DNA from: Mobula birostris
Taxonomy: Eukaryota
Length of the DNA stretch: 64,000 nt
Reading direction: 5' to 3'
Assembly: GCF_030028105.1 (NCBI RefSeq)
Contig: NC_092370.1
Location: 113,970,793 to 114,034,792, forward strand
The notes under the pieces are model-generated. The model searched no databases and had not been told where the DNA came from. It saw nothing but the letters and a program-made list of their open reading frames with translations. Positions 36,701 to 50,600 of this stretch are shown piece after piece (the stretch's first letter is position 1; every line of letters begins with the position of its first letter). The translations under genes and the position numbers were made by a program.

Positions 36701-38680
36701 GCCTCAAGCATGAAGACTCCAGCCTCCTGCCTAGCCTGAAGCCTGAGGACACAAGCCTCCTGCTTAGCCTCAAGCCTGAAGACTCCAGCCTCCTGCCTAG
36801 CCTCACGCCTGAAGACTCCAGCCTCCTGCGTAGCCTCAAGTTTGCAGACTCTAGCCTCCTGTCTAACCTCAAGTCTGAAGGCTCCAGCCTCCAGCCTAGC
36901 CTCAAGCCTGAAAACTCCAGACCGCTGCCTAGCTTCTAGCCTGAATACGCCAGCCTCCAGCCTAGCCTCAAGTCTGGAGACTCCAGCCTCCTGCCTAGCC
37001 TCTAGTCGGAACACTCCAGCCTCCTGCTTCACCTCTAACTTGAAGACTCTAGCCTCCTGCGTAGCCTCACGCCTGAAGACTCCAGCCTCCTGCCTAGCCT
37101 CAACCCTGAATATTCCAGCCTCCTTCATAGCCTAAAGCCTGAAGGCACCAGCCTCCTGCCTAGCCTCACGCCTGAAGACTCCAGCCTCCCGCCTAGCTTC
37201 TAGCCTGAATACTCCAGCCTCCAGCCTGGCCTCAAGTCTGAAGACTACAGCCTCCTGCCTAGCCTCTAGTCGGAAGACTCCAGCCTCCTGCTTCACCTGT
37301 AACCTGAAGACTCCAGCCTCCTGCCTAGCCTCAATCCTGAAGACTCCAGCCTTCTGCCTACCCTCACGCCTGAAGACTCCAGCCTCTTGCGTAGCCTCAA
37401 GTTTGAAGACTCTAGCCTCCTGTCTAACCTCAAGTCTGAAGGCTCCAGCCTCCAGCCTAGCCTCAAGCCTGAAAACTCCAGCCTTCTGCCTAGCTTCTAG
37501 CCTGATTACGCCAGCCTCCAGCCTAGCCTCAAGTCTGAAGACTCCAGCCTCCTGCCTAGCCTCTAGTCGGAAGACTCCAGCCTCCTGCTTCACCTCTAAC
37601 CTGAAGACTCTAACCTCCTGCCTATCTTCACGCCTGAAGGCTCCAGCCTCCTGCCTAGCCTCAATCCTGAATACTCCAGCCTCCTTCCTAGCCTAAAGCC
37701 TGAAGGTACCAGCCTCCTGCCCCGCCTCAATCCTGAAGACTACAGCCTCCTGCCTAGTCTCAAGCATGAAGACTCCAGCCTCCTGCCTAGCCTCAAGCCA
37801 GAGGACTCAACCCTCCTGCCTAGCCTCAAGCCTGAAGACTCCAGCCTCCTGCCTAGCCTCACGCCTGAAGACTCCAGCCTCCCGCCTAGCTTCTAGCCTA
37901 AATACTCCAGCCTCCAGCCTATCCTCAAGTCTGAAGACTCCAGCCTCCTGCCTAGCCTCTAGTCGGAAGACTCCAGACTGCTGCTTCACCTCTAACCTGA
38001 AGACTCCAGCCTCCTGCCTAGCCTCAAGCCTGAAGACTCCGGTCTCCTGCCTAGCCTCAAGCCTAAACACTCCAGCCTCCTGCCTAGCCTCAAGCCTGAA
38101 GACTCTAGCCTCCTACCTGGATTCAGGCCTGAAGACTCTATCCTCCTGCCAAGCCTCAAGCCTGAAGAGTCCAGCCTCCTGCCTAGCCTCAATCCTGAAG
38201 ACTCCAGCCTCCTGCCTAGCCTCAAGCCTGAGGACTCAAGCCTCCTGCTTAGCCTCAAGCCTGAAGACTCCAGCCTCCTGCCTAGCCTCACGCCTGAAGA
38301 CTCCAGCCTCCTGCGTAGCCTCAAGTTTGCAGACTCTAGCCTCCTGTCTAACCTCAAGTCTGAAGGCTCCAGCCTCCAGCCTAGCCTCAAGCCTGAAAAC
38401 TCCAGCCCGCTGCCTAGCTTCTAGCCTGAATACGCCAGCCTCCAGCCTAGCCTCAAGTCTGAAGACTACAGCCTCCTGCCTAGCCTCTAGTCGGAAGACT
38501 CCAGCCTCCTGCTTCACCTGTAACCTGAAGACTCCAGCCTCCTGCCTAGCCTCAAACCTGAAGACCCCAGTCTCCTGCCTAGCCTCAAGCCTAAACACTC
38601 CAGCCTCCTGCCTAGCATCAAGCCTGAAGACTCTAGCCTCCTTCCTAGCCTAAAGACTGAAGACTCCAGCCTCCTGCCTA
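33770..38680. repeat. 3102-bp (94-monomer) sub-HOR derived from the second half of the 6.7-kb unit
   Basis: Identical ORFs at 34030/37132, 34301/37403 and 32416/35518, all offset by 3102 = 94 x 33. Confidence 0.8.
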
Positions 38681-41600
38681 GCTTCTAGACTGAAGAATCC
38701 AGCCTCCAACCTAGCCTCAAGTCTGAAGACTCCAGCCTCCTGCCGAGCCTCTATCCTGAAGATTCCAGCCACCTGCCTGGCCTCAAGCCTGAACACTCCA
38801 GAGTCCTGCCCAGCCTGATGCCTGAAGACACCAGCCTCCTGCCTAGCCTCAAGCCTAAAGACTCTAGCCTCCTGCCGAGCCTCAAGCCTGAAGACTCCAG
38901 CCTCCTGCCTGGCCTCAAGCCTGAAGACTCAAGCCTCCTGCCTAGCCTCACGCCTGAAGACTCTAGCCTCCTGCCTAGCCTCAAGCTTGAAGACTCCAGC
39001 CTCCTGCCTAATCTCAAGTCTAAAGACTCCAACCTCCAGCCTAGCCTCAAACCTGAAGACTCCAGCCTCCTGCATAGCCTCACGCCTCAGGACTCAAGCC
39101 TCCTGCTTAGCCTGAAGCCTAAAGACTCTAGCCTCCTGCCGAGCCTCAAGCCTGAAGTCTTCAGCCTCCAGCCTAGCCTCACGCCTGAAGACTCCAGCCT
39201 CCTGCCTAGCTTCTAGACTGAAGACTCCAGCCTCCAACCTAGCCTCAAGTCTGAAGACTCCAGCCTCCTGCCTAGCCTCAAGCCTAAACACTCCAGACTC
39301 CTGCCTATCCTCAAGCCTGAAGATTCTAGCCTCCTGCCTAGCTTCAGGACTGAAGACTCCAGCCTCCTGCCTAGCCACAAGCCTGAAGATTACAGCCTCC
39401 TGCCCAGCCTCAAGCCTGAAGATTCCAGCTTCCTGCCCAGCCTCAATTCTGAATACACCAGCCTCCTCCCTAGCCTCAAGACAGAAGATTCCAGCCTGCT
39501 GCCTAACCTCAAGCTTGACGACTCCAGCATCCTGCCTAGCCTCTAGCCTGATGACTCCAGACTCCTGCCGAGCCTCGGCCTCAATCCTGACGACTCCAGC
39601 CTCCCGCTTAGTCTCCAGCCTGAAGACTCCAGCCTCTTGCCTAGCCTCACCCCTGAAGACTCCAGCCTCCTGCCTAGCCTCAAGCTTGAAGACTCAAGCC
39701 TCCTGCCTAACCTCAAGTCTGAAGACTCCAGCCTCCAGCCTAACTTCAAGCCTGAAGTCTCCAGCCTCCTGCCTAGATTCTAGCCTGAAGACTCCAGCCT
39801 CCAGCCTAGCCTCTAGGGGCAAAACTCCAACCTCCTGCCTCACCTCTAACCTGAAGATTCCATCCTCCCGCCTAGCCTCAAGCCTGAATACGCCAGACTC
39901 CTGCCGAGCCTCAGCCTCAATCCTGACGACTCCAGCCTCCTGCTTAGCCTCAAGCCTGAAGACTCCAGTCTCCTGCCTAGCCTCAAGCCTGAAGACTCCA
40001 GTCTCCTGCCTAGCCTCAAGCCTGAAGACTCCAGACTCCTGCTTAGCCTCAGTCTCAATCCTGACGACTGCAGCCTCCTGCTCAGACTCAAGACTGAAGA
40101 CTCCAGCTTCCTGCCTAGCATCACGCCTGAAGACTCAAGCCTTCTGCCTAACCTCAAGTCTGAAGACTCCAGCCTCCTGCCTAGCCTCAAGTCTGAAGAC
40201 TCCAGCCTTCAGCCTAGCCTCTAGCCAGAAAACTCCAACCCCCTGCCTCACCTCTAACCTGAAGATTCCATCCTCCCGCCTAGCCTCAAGCCTGAATACT
40301 CCAAACTCCTGCCTAGCCTCAGCCTCAATCCTGACGACCCCAGCCTCCTGCTTAGTCTCAAGCCTGAAGACTCCAGCCTCCTGCCTAGCTTCAGGACTGA
40401 AGACTCCAGCCTCCTGCCTAGCCACAAGCCTGAAGATTACAGCCTCCTGCCCAGCCTCAAGCCTGAAGATTCCAGCTTCCTGCCCAGCCTCAATTCTGAA
40501 TACACCAGCCTCCTCCCTAGCCTCAAGACAGAAGATTCCAGCCTGCTGCCTAACCTCAAGCTTGACGACTCCAGCATCCTGCCTAGCCTCTAGCCTGATG
40601 ACTCCAGACTCCTGCCGAGCCTCGGCCTCAATCCTGACGACTCCAGCCTCCCGCTTAGTCTCCAGCCTGAAGACTCCAGCCTCTTGCCTAGCCTCACCCC
40701 TGAAGACTCCAGCCTCCTGCCTAGCCTCAAGGTTGAAGACTCCAGCCTCCTGCCTAGCCTCACCCCTGAAGTCTCCAGCCTCCTGCCTAGATTCTAGCCT
40801 GAAGACTCAAGCCTGCAGCCTAGCCTCTAGGGGCAAAACTCCAACCTCCTGCCTCACCTCTAACCTGAAGATTCCATCCTCCCGCCTAGCCTGAAGCCTG
40901 AATACGCCAGACTCCTGCCGAGCCTCAGCCTCAATCCTGACGACTCCAGCCTCCTGCTTAGTCTCAAGCCTGAAGACTCCAGCCTCCTGCCTAGCCTCAA
41001 GCCTGAAGACTCCAGTCTCCTGCCTAGCCTCAAGCCTGAAGACTCCAGACTCCTGCTTAGCCTCAGTCTCAATCCTGACGACTGCAGCCTCCTGCTTAGA
41101 CTCAAGACTGAAGACTCCAGCTTCCTGCCTAGCATCACGCCTGAAGACTCAAGCCTTCTGCCTAACCTCAAGTCTGAAGACTCCAGCCTCCTGCCTAGCC
41201 TCAAGTCTGAAGACTCCAGCCTTCTGCCTAGCCTCTAGCCGGAAAACTGCAACCCCCTGCCTCACCTCTAACCTGAAGATTCCATCCTTCCGCCTAGCCT
41301 CAAGCCTGAATACTCCAAACTCCTGCCTAGCCTCAGCCTCAATCCTGACGACCCCAGCCTCCTGCTTAGTCTCAAGCTTGAAGACTCTAGACTTCTGCCT
41401 AACCTCAAGTCTGAAGACTCCAGCCTCCTGCCTAGCCTCAAGCCTGAAGACTCCAGTCTCCTGCCTAGCCTCAAGCCTGAAGACTCCAGACTCCTGCTTA
41501 GCCTCAGTCTCAATCCTGACGACTGCAGCCTCCTGCTTAGACTCAAGACAGAAGACTCCAGCCTCCTGCCTAGCATCACGCCTGAAGACTCAAGCCTTCT

Positions 41601-44600
41601 GCTTAACCTCAAGTCTGAAGACTCCAGCCTCCTGCCTAGCCTCAAACCTGAAGAGTCCAGTCTCCTCCCTAGCCTCAAGCGTAAAGACTCCAAATTCCTG
41701 CCTAGCCTCAAGCCTAAACACTCCAGATTCCTGCCTAGCCTCAAGCCTGAAGACTCCAGTCTCCTGCCTAGCCTCAAGCCTAAACACTCCAGACTCCTGC
41801 CTATCCTCAAGCCTGAAGACTCTAGCCTCCTGCCTAGCTTCAGGACTGAAGACTCCAGCCTCCTGCCTAGCCACAAGCCTGAAGATTACAGCCTCCTGCC
41901 CAGCCTCAAGCCTGAAGATTCCAGCTTCCTGCCCAGCCTCAATTCTGAATACACCAGCCTCCTCCCTAGCCTCAAGACAGAAGATTCCAGCCTGCTGCCT
42001 AACCTCAAGCTTGACGACTCCAGCATCCTGCCTAGCCTCTAGCCTGATGACTCCAGACTCCTGCCGAGCCTCGGCCTCAATCCTGACGACTCCAGCCTCC
42101 TGCTTAGACTCAAGACAGAAGACTCCAGCCTCCTCCCTAGCATCACGCCTGAAGACTCAAGCCTTCTGCTTAACCTCAAGTCTGAAGACTCCAGCCTCCT
42201 GCCTAGCCTCAAACCTGAAGAGTCCAGTCTCCTCCCTAGCCTCAAGCGTAAAGACTCCAAATTCCTGCCTAGCCTCAAGCCTAAACACTCCAGATTCCTG
42301 CCTAGCCTGAAGCCTGAGGACTCCAGCTTCCTGCCTATCCTGATGCCTGAAGACTCCAGCCTCCTGCCTAGCCTCAAACCTGAAGACGACAGCCTCCTGC
42401 AGAGCCTCAAGCCTGAAGACTCAAGCCTCCTGCCTAGCCTCAAGCCTGAAGACTCCAGCCTCCTGCCTAGCCTCAATACTGAAGACTCCAGCCTCATGCC
42501 TAGCCTCGTCTCAAGTCACAAGTCTCCAGCCTCCTGCCTAGCTTCTAGCCTGAAGACTCCAGCCTCCAGCCTAGCCTCAAGTCTGAAGACTCCAGCCTCC
42601 TGCCTAGCCTCAAGTCTGAAGACTCCAGCCTTCAGCCTAGCCTCTAGCCAGAAAACTCCAACCCCCTGCCTCACCTCTAACCTGAAGATTCCATCCTCCC
42701 GCCTAGCCTCAAGCCTGAATACTCCAAACTCCTGCCTAGCCTCAGCCTCAATCCTGACGACCCCAGCCTCCTGCTTAGTCTCAAGCCTGAAGACTCCAGC
42801 CTCCTGCCTAGCTTCAGGACTGAAGACTCCAGCCTCCTGCCTAGCCACAAGCCTGAAGATTACAGCCTCCTGCCCAGCCTCAAGCCTGAAGATTCCAGCT
42901 TCCTGCCCAGCCTCAATTCTGAATACACCAGCCTCCTCCCTAGCCTCAAGACAGAAGATTCCAGCCTGCTGCCTAACCTCAAGCTTGACGACTCCAGCAT
43001 CCTGCCTAGCCTCTAGCCTGATGACTCCAGACTCCTGCCGAGCCTCGGCCTCAATCCTGACGACTCCAGCCTCCCGCTTAGTCTCCAGCCTGAAGACTCC
43101 AGCCTCTTGCCTAGCCTCACCCCTGAAGACTCCAGCCTCCTGCCTAGCCTCAAGGTTGAAGACTCCAGCCTCCTGCCTAGCCTCACCCCTGAAGTCTCCA
43201 GCCTCCTGCCTAGATTCTAGCCTGAAGACTCAAGCCTGCAGCCTAGCCTCTAGGGGCAAAACTCCAACCTCCTGCCTCACCTCTAACCTGAAGATTCCAT
43301 CCTCCCGCCTAGCCTGAAGCCTGAATACGCCAGACTCCTGCCGAGCCTCAGCCTCAATCCTGACGACTCCAGCCTCCTGCTTAGTCTCAAGCCTGAAGAC
43401 TCCAGCCTCCTGCCTAGCCTCAAGCCTGAAGACTCCAGTCTCCTGCCTAGCCTCAAGCCTGAAGACTCCAGACTCCTGCTTAGCCTCAGTCTCAATCCTG
43501 ACGACTGCAGCCTCCTGCTTAGACTCAAGACTGAAGACTCCAGCTTCCTGCCTAGCATCACGCCTGAAGACTCAAGCCTTCTGCCTAACCTCAAGTCTGA
43601 AGACTCCAGCCTCCTGCCTAGCCTCAAGTCTGAAGACTCCAGCCTTCTGCCTAGCCTCTAGCCGGAAAACTGCAACCCCCTGCCTCACCTCTAACCTGAA
43701 GATTCCATCCTTCCGCCTAGCCTCAAGCCTGAATACTCCAAACTCCTGCCTAGCCTCAGCCTCAATCCTGACGACCCCAGCCTCCTGCTTAGTCTCAAGC
43801 TTGAAGACTCTAGACTTCTGCCTAACCTCAAGTCTGAAGACTCCAGCCTCCTGCCTAGCCTCAAGCCTGAAGACTCCAGTCTCCTGCCTAGCCTCAAGCC
43901 TGAAGACTCCAGACTCCTGCTTAGCCTCAGTCTCAATCCTGACGACTGCAGCCTCCTGCTTAGACTCAAGACAGAAGACTCCAGCCTCCTGCCTAGCATC
44001 ACGCCTGAAGACTCAAGCCTTCTGCTTAACCTCAAGTCTGAAGACTCCAGCCTCCTGCCTAGCCTCAAACCTGAAGAGTCCAGTCTCCTCCCTAGCCTCA
44101 AGCGTAAAGACTCCAAATTCCTGCCTAGCCTCAAGCCTAAACACTCCAGATTCCTGCCTAGCCTCAAGCCTGAAGACTCCAGTCTCCTGCCTAGCCTCAA
44201 GCCTAAACACTCCAGACTCCTGCCTATCCTCAAGCCTGAAGACTCTAGCCTCCTGCCTAGCTTCAGGACTGAAGACTCCAGCCTCCTGCCTAGCCACAAG
44301 CCTGAAGATTACAGCCTCCTGCCCAGCCTCAAGCCTGAAGATTCCAGCTTCCTGCCCAGCCTCAATTCTGAATACACCAGCCTCCTCCCTAGCCTCAAGA
44401 CAGAAGATTCCAGCCTGCTGCCTAACCTCAAGCTTGACGACTCCAGCATCCTGCCTAGCCTCTAGCCTGATGACTCCAGACTCCTGCCGAGCCTCGGCCT
44501 CAATCCTGACGACTCCAGCCTCCTGCTTAGACTCAAGACAGAAGACTCCAGCCTCCTCCCTAGCATCACGCCTGAAGACTCAAGCCTTCTGCTTAACCTC

Positions 44601-47600
44601 AAGTCTGAAGACTCCGGCCTCCTGCCTAGCCTCAAACCTGAAGAGTCCAGTCTCCTCCCTAGCCTCAAGCGTAAAGACTCCAAATTCCTGCCTAGCCTCA
44701 AGCCTAAACACTCCAGATTCCTGCCTAGCCTGAAGCCTGAGGACTCCAGCTTCCTGCCTATCCTGATGCCTGAAGACTCCAGCCTCCTGCCTAGCCTCAA
44801 ACCTGAAGACGACAGCCTCCTGCCGAGCCTCTATCCTGAAGATTCCAGCCTCCTGCCTAGCCTCAAGCCTGAAGACTCCAGTCTCCTGCCTAGGCTCAAG
44901 CCTAAACACTCCAGACTCCTGCCTATCCTCAAGCCTGAAGACTCTAGCCTCCTGCCTAGCTTCAGGACTGAAGACTCCAGCCTCCTGCCCAGCCTCAAGC
45001 CTGAAGATTCCAGCTTCCTGCCCAGCCTCAATTCTGAATACACCAGCCTCCTCCCTAGCCTCAAGACAGAAGATTCCAGCCTGCTGCCTAACCTCAAGCT
45101 TGACGACTCCAACATCCTGCCTAGCCTCTAGCCTGATGACTCCAGACTCTTGCCGAGCCTCGGCCTCAATCCTGACGACTCCAGCCTCCCGCTTAGTCTC
45201 CAGCCTGAAGACTCCAGCCTCTTGCCTACCCTCACCCCTGAAGACTCCAGCCTCCTGCCTAGCCTCAAACCTGAAGACGACAGCCTCCTGCAGAGCCTCA
45301 AGCCTGAAGACTCAAGCCTCCTGCCTAGCCTCAAGCCTGAAGACTCCAGCCTCCTGCCTAGCCTCAATACTGAAGACTCCAGCCTCATGCCTAGCCTCGT
45401 CTCAAGTCACAAGTCTCCAGCCTCCTGCCTAGCTTCTAGCCTGAAGACTCCAGCCTCCAGCCTAGCCTCAAGTCTGAAGACTCCAGCCTTCTGCCTAGCC
45501 TCTAGCCGGAAAACTCCAACCCCCTGCCTCACCTCTAACCTGAAGATTCCATCCTCCCGCCTAGCCTCAAGCCTGAATACTCCAAACTCCTGCCTAGCCT
45601 CAGCCTCAATCCTGACGACCCCAGCCTCCTGCTTAGTCTCAAGCCTGAAGACTCCAGCCTCCTGCCTAGCCTCAAACCTGAAGACTCCAGCCTCCTGCCG
45701 AGCCTCTATCCTGAAGATTCCAGCCTCCTGCCTAGCCTCAAGCCTGAAGACTCCAGTCTCCTGCCTAGGCTCAAGCCTAAACACTCCAGACTCCTGCCTA
45801 TCCTCAAGCCTGAAGACTCTAGCCTCCTGCCTAGCTTCAGGACTGAAGACTCCAGCCTCCTGCCCAGCCTCAAGCCTGAAGATTCCAGCTTCCTGCCCAG
45901 CCTCAATTCTGAATACACCAGCCTCCTCCCTAGCCTCAAGACAGAAGATTCCAGCCTGCTGCCTAACCTCAAGCTTGACGACTCCAACATCCTGCCTAGC
46001 CTCTAGCCTGATGACTCCAGACTCTTGCCGAGCCTCGGCCTCAATCCTGACGACTCCAGCCTCCCGCTTAGTCTCCAGCCTGAAGACTCCAGCCTCTTGC
46101 CTAACCTCACCCCTGAAGACTCCAGCCTCCTGCCTAGCCTCAAGCTTGAAGTCTCCAGCCTCCTGCCTAGATTCTAGCCTGGAGACTCCAGCCTCCCGCC
46201 TAGCCTCTAGGGGCAAAACTCCAACCTCCTGCCTCACCTCTAACCTGAAGATTCCATCCTCCCGCCTAGCCTCAAGCCTGAATACGCCAGACTCCTGCCG
46301 AGCCTCAGCCTCAATCCTGACGACTCCAGCCTCCTGCTTAGTCTCAAGCCTGAAGACTCCAGCCTCCTGCCTAGCTTCAGGACTGAAGACTCCAGCCTCC
46401 TGCCTAGCCACAAGCCTGAAGATTACAGCCTCCTGCCCAGCCTCAAGCCTGAAGACTCCAGCTTCCTGCCCAGCCTCAATTCTGAATACACCAGCCTCCT
46501 CCCTAGCCTCAAGACAGAAGATTCCAGCCTGCTGCCTAACCTCAAGCTTGACGACTCCAGCATCCTGCCTAGCCTCTAGCCTGATGACTCCAGACTCCTG
46601 CCGAGCCTCGGCCTCAATCCTGACGACTCCAGCCTCCCGCTTAGTCTCCAGCCTGAAGACTCCAGCCTCTTGCCTAGCCTCACCCCTGAAGACTCCAGCC
46701 TCCTGCCTAGCCTCAAGGTTGAAGACTCCAGCCTCCTGCCTAGCCTCACCCCTGAAGTCTCCAGCCTCCTGCCTAGATTCTAGCCTGAAGACTCAAGCCT
46801 GCAGCCTAGCCTCTAGGGGCAAAACTCCAACCTCCTGCCTCACCTCTAACCTGAAGATTCCATCCTCCCGCCTAGCCTGAAGCCTGAATACGCCAGACTC
46901 CTGCCGAGCCTCAGCCTCAATCCTGACGACTCCAGCCTCCTGCTTAGTCTCAAGCCTGAAGACTCCAGCCTCCTGCCTAGCCTCAAGCCTGAAGACTCCA
47001 GTCTCCTGCCTAGCCTCAAGCCTGAAGACTCCAGACTCCTGCTTAGCCTCAGTCTCAATCCTGACGACTGCAGCCTCCTGCTTAGACTCAAGACTGAAGA
47101 CTCCAGCTTCCTGCCTAGCATCACGCCTGAAGACTCAAGCCTTCTGCCTAACCTCAAGTCTGAAGACTCCAGCCTCCTGCCTAGCCTCAAGTCTGAAGAC
47201 TCCAGCCTTCTGCCTAGCCTCTAGCCGGAAAACTGCAACCCCCTGCCTCACCTCTAACCTGAAGATTCCATCCTTCCGCCTAGCCTCAAGCCTGAATACT
47301 CCAAACTCCTGCCTAGCCTCAGCCTCAATCCTGACGACCCCAGCCTCCTGCTTAGTCTCAAGCTTGAAGACTCTAGACTTCTGCCTAACCTCAAGTCTGA
47401 AGACTCCAGCCTCCTGCCTAGCCTCAAGCCTGAAGACTCCAGTCTCCTGCCTAGCCTCAAGCCTGAAGACTCCAGACTCCTGCTTAGCCTCAGTCTCAAC
47501 CCTGACGACTGCAGCCTCCTGCTTAGACTCAAGACAGAAGACTCCAGCCTCCTGCCTAGCATCACGCCTGAAGACTCAAGCCTTCTGCTTAACCTCAAGT

Positions 47601-50600
47601 CTGAAGACTCCAGCCTCCTGCCTAGCCTCAAACCTGAAGAGTCCAGTCTCCTCCCTAGCCTCAAGCGTAAAGACTCCAAATTCCTGCCTAGCCTCAAGCC
47701 TAAACACTCCAGATTCCTGCCTAGCCTCAAGCCTGAAGACTCCAGTCTCCTGCCTAGCCTCAAGCCTAAACACTCCAGACTCCTGCCTATCCTCAAGCCT
47801 GAAGACTCTAGCCTCCTGCCTAGCTTCAGGACTGAAGACTCCAGCCTCCTGCCTAGCCACAAGCCTGAAGATTACAGCCTCCTGCCCAGCCTCAAGCCTG
47901 AAGATTCCAGCTTCCTGCCCAGCCTCAATTCTGAATACACCAGCCTCCTCCCTAGCCTCAAGACAGAAGATTCCAGCCTGCTGCCTAACCTCAAGCTTGA
48001 CGACTCCAGCATCCTGCCTAGCCTCTAGCCTGATGACTCCAGACTCCTGCCGAGCCTCGGCCTCAATCCTGACGACTCCAGCCTCCTGCTTAGACTCAAG
48101 ACAGAAGACTCCAGCCTCCTCCCTAGCATCACGCCTGAAGACTCAAGCCTTCTGCTTAACCTCAAGTCTGAAGACTCCGGCCGCCTGCCTAGCCTCAAAC
48201 CTGAAAAGTCCAGTCTCCTCCCTAGCCTCAAGCGTAAAGACTCCAAATTCCTGCCTAGCCTCAAGCCTAAACACTCCAGATTCCTGCCTAGCCTGAAGCC
48301 TGAGGACTCCAGCTTCCTGCCTATCCTGATGCCTGAAGACTCCAGCCTCCTGCCTAGCCTCAAACCTGAAGACGACAGCCTCCTGCCGAGCCTCTATCCT
48401 GAAGATTCCAGCCTCCTGCCTAGCCTCAAGCCTGAAGACTCCAGTCTCCTGCCTAGGCTCAAGCCTAAACACTCCAGACTCCTGCCTATCCTCAAGCCTG
48501 AAGACTCTAGCCTCCTGCCTAGCTTCAGGACTGAAGACTCCAGCCTCCTGCCCAGCCTCAAGCCTGAAGATTCCAGCTTCCTGCCCAGCCTCAATTCTGA
48601 ATACACCAGCCTCCTCCCTAGCCTCAAGACAGAAGATTCCAGCCTGCTGCCTAACCTCAAGCTTGACGACTCCAACATCCTGCCTAGCCTCTAGCCTGAT
48701 GACTCCAGACTCTTGCCGAGCCTCGGCCTCAATCCTGACGACTCCAGCCTCCCGCTTAGTCTCCAGCCTGAAGACTCCAGCCTCTTGCCTACCCTCACCC
48801 CTGAAGACTCCAGCCTCCTGCCTAGCCTCAAGCTTGAAGTCTCCAGCCTCCTGCCTAGATTCTAGCCTGGAGACTCCAGCCTCCAGCCTAGCCTCTAGGG
48901 GCAAAACTCCAACCTCCTGCCTCACCTCTAACCTGAAGATTCCAGCCTCCTGCCTAGCATCACGCCTGAAGACTCAAGCCTTCTGCCTAACCTCAAGTCT
49001 GAAGACTCCAGCCTCCTGCCTAGCCTCAAACCTGAAGAGTCCAGTCTCCTCCCTAGCCTCAAGCGTAAAGACTCCAAATTCCTGCCTAGCCTCAAGCCTA
49101 AACACTCCAGATTCCTGCCTAGCCTGAAGCCTGAGGACTCCAGCTTCCTGCCTATCCTGATGCCTGAAGACTCCAGTCTCCTGCCTAGCCTCAAACCTGA
49201 AGACGACAGCCTCCTGCAGAGCCTCAAGCCTGAAGATTCAAGCCTCCTGCCTAGCCTCAAGCCTGAAGGCTCAAGCCTCCTGCTTAGCCTCAAGCTTGAA
49301 GACTCCAGAGTCCTGCCCAGCCTGATGCCTGAAGACACCAGCCTCCTGCCTAGCCTCAAGCCTAAAGACTCTAGCCTCCTGCCGAGCCTCAAGCCTGAAG
49401 ACTCCAGCCTCCTGCCTATACTCAAGCCTGAAGACTCAAGCCTCCTGCCTAGCCTCAAGCCTGAAGACTCCAGCCTCCTGCCTAGCCTCACGCCTGAAGA
49501 CTCTAGCCTCCTGCCTAGCCTCAAGCTTGAAGACTCCAGCCTCCTGCCTAATCTCAAGTCTGAAGACTCCAACCTCCAGCCTAGCCTCAAACCTGAAGAC
49601 TCCAGCCTCCAGCCTAGCCTCACGCCTGAAGACTCCAGCCTCCTGCCTAGCTTCTAGACTGAAGACTCCAGCCTCCAACCTAGCCTCAAGTCTGAAGACT
49701 CCAGCCTCCTGCCGAGCCTCTATCCTGAAGATTCCAGCCTCCTGCCTAGCCTCAAGCCTGAAGACTCCAGTCTCCTGCCTAGCCTCAAGCCTAAACACTC
49801 CAGACTCCTGCCTATCCTCAAGCCTGAAGACTCTAGCCTCCTGCCTAGCTTCAGGACTGAAGACTCCAGCCTCCTGCCTAGCCACAAGCCTGAAGATTAC
49901 AGCCTCCTGCCCAGCCTCAAGCCTGAAGATTCCAGCTTCCTGCCCAGCCTCAATTCTGAATACACCAGCCTCCTCCCTAGCCTCAAGACAGAAGATTCCA
50001 GCCTGCTGCCTAACCTCAAGCTTGACGACTCCAACATCCTGCCTAGCCTCTAGCCTGATGACTCCAGACTCCTGCCGAGCCTCGGCCTCAATCCTGACGA
50101 CTCCAGCCTCCCGCTTAGTCTCCAGCCTGAAGACTCCAGCCTCTTGCCTAGCCTCACCCCTGAAGACTCCAGCCTCCTGCCTAGCCTCAAGCTTGAAGAC
50201 TCAAGCCTCCTGCCTAACCTCAAGTCTGAAGACTCCAGCCTCCAACCTAACTTCAAGCCTGAAGTCTCCAGCCTCCTGCCTAGATTCTAGCCTGAAGACT
50301 CCAGCCTCCAGCCTAGCCTCTAGGGGCAAAACTCCAACCCCCTGCCTCACCTCTAACCTGAAGATTCCATCCTCCCGCCTAACCTCAAGCCTGAATACGC
50401 CAGACTCCTGCCGAGCCTCAGCCTCAATCCTGACGACTCCAGCCTCCTGCTTAGTCTCAAGCCTGAAGACTCCAGCCTCCTGCCTAGCCTCAAGCCTGAA
50501 GACTCCAGTCTCCTGCCTAGCCTCAAGCCTGAAGACTCCAGACTCCTGCTTAGCCTCAGTCTCAATCCTGACGACTGCAGCCTCCTGCTTAGACTCAAGA

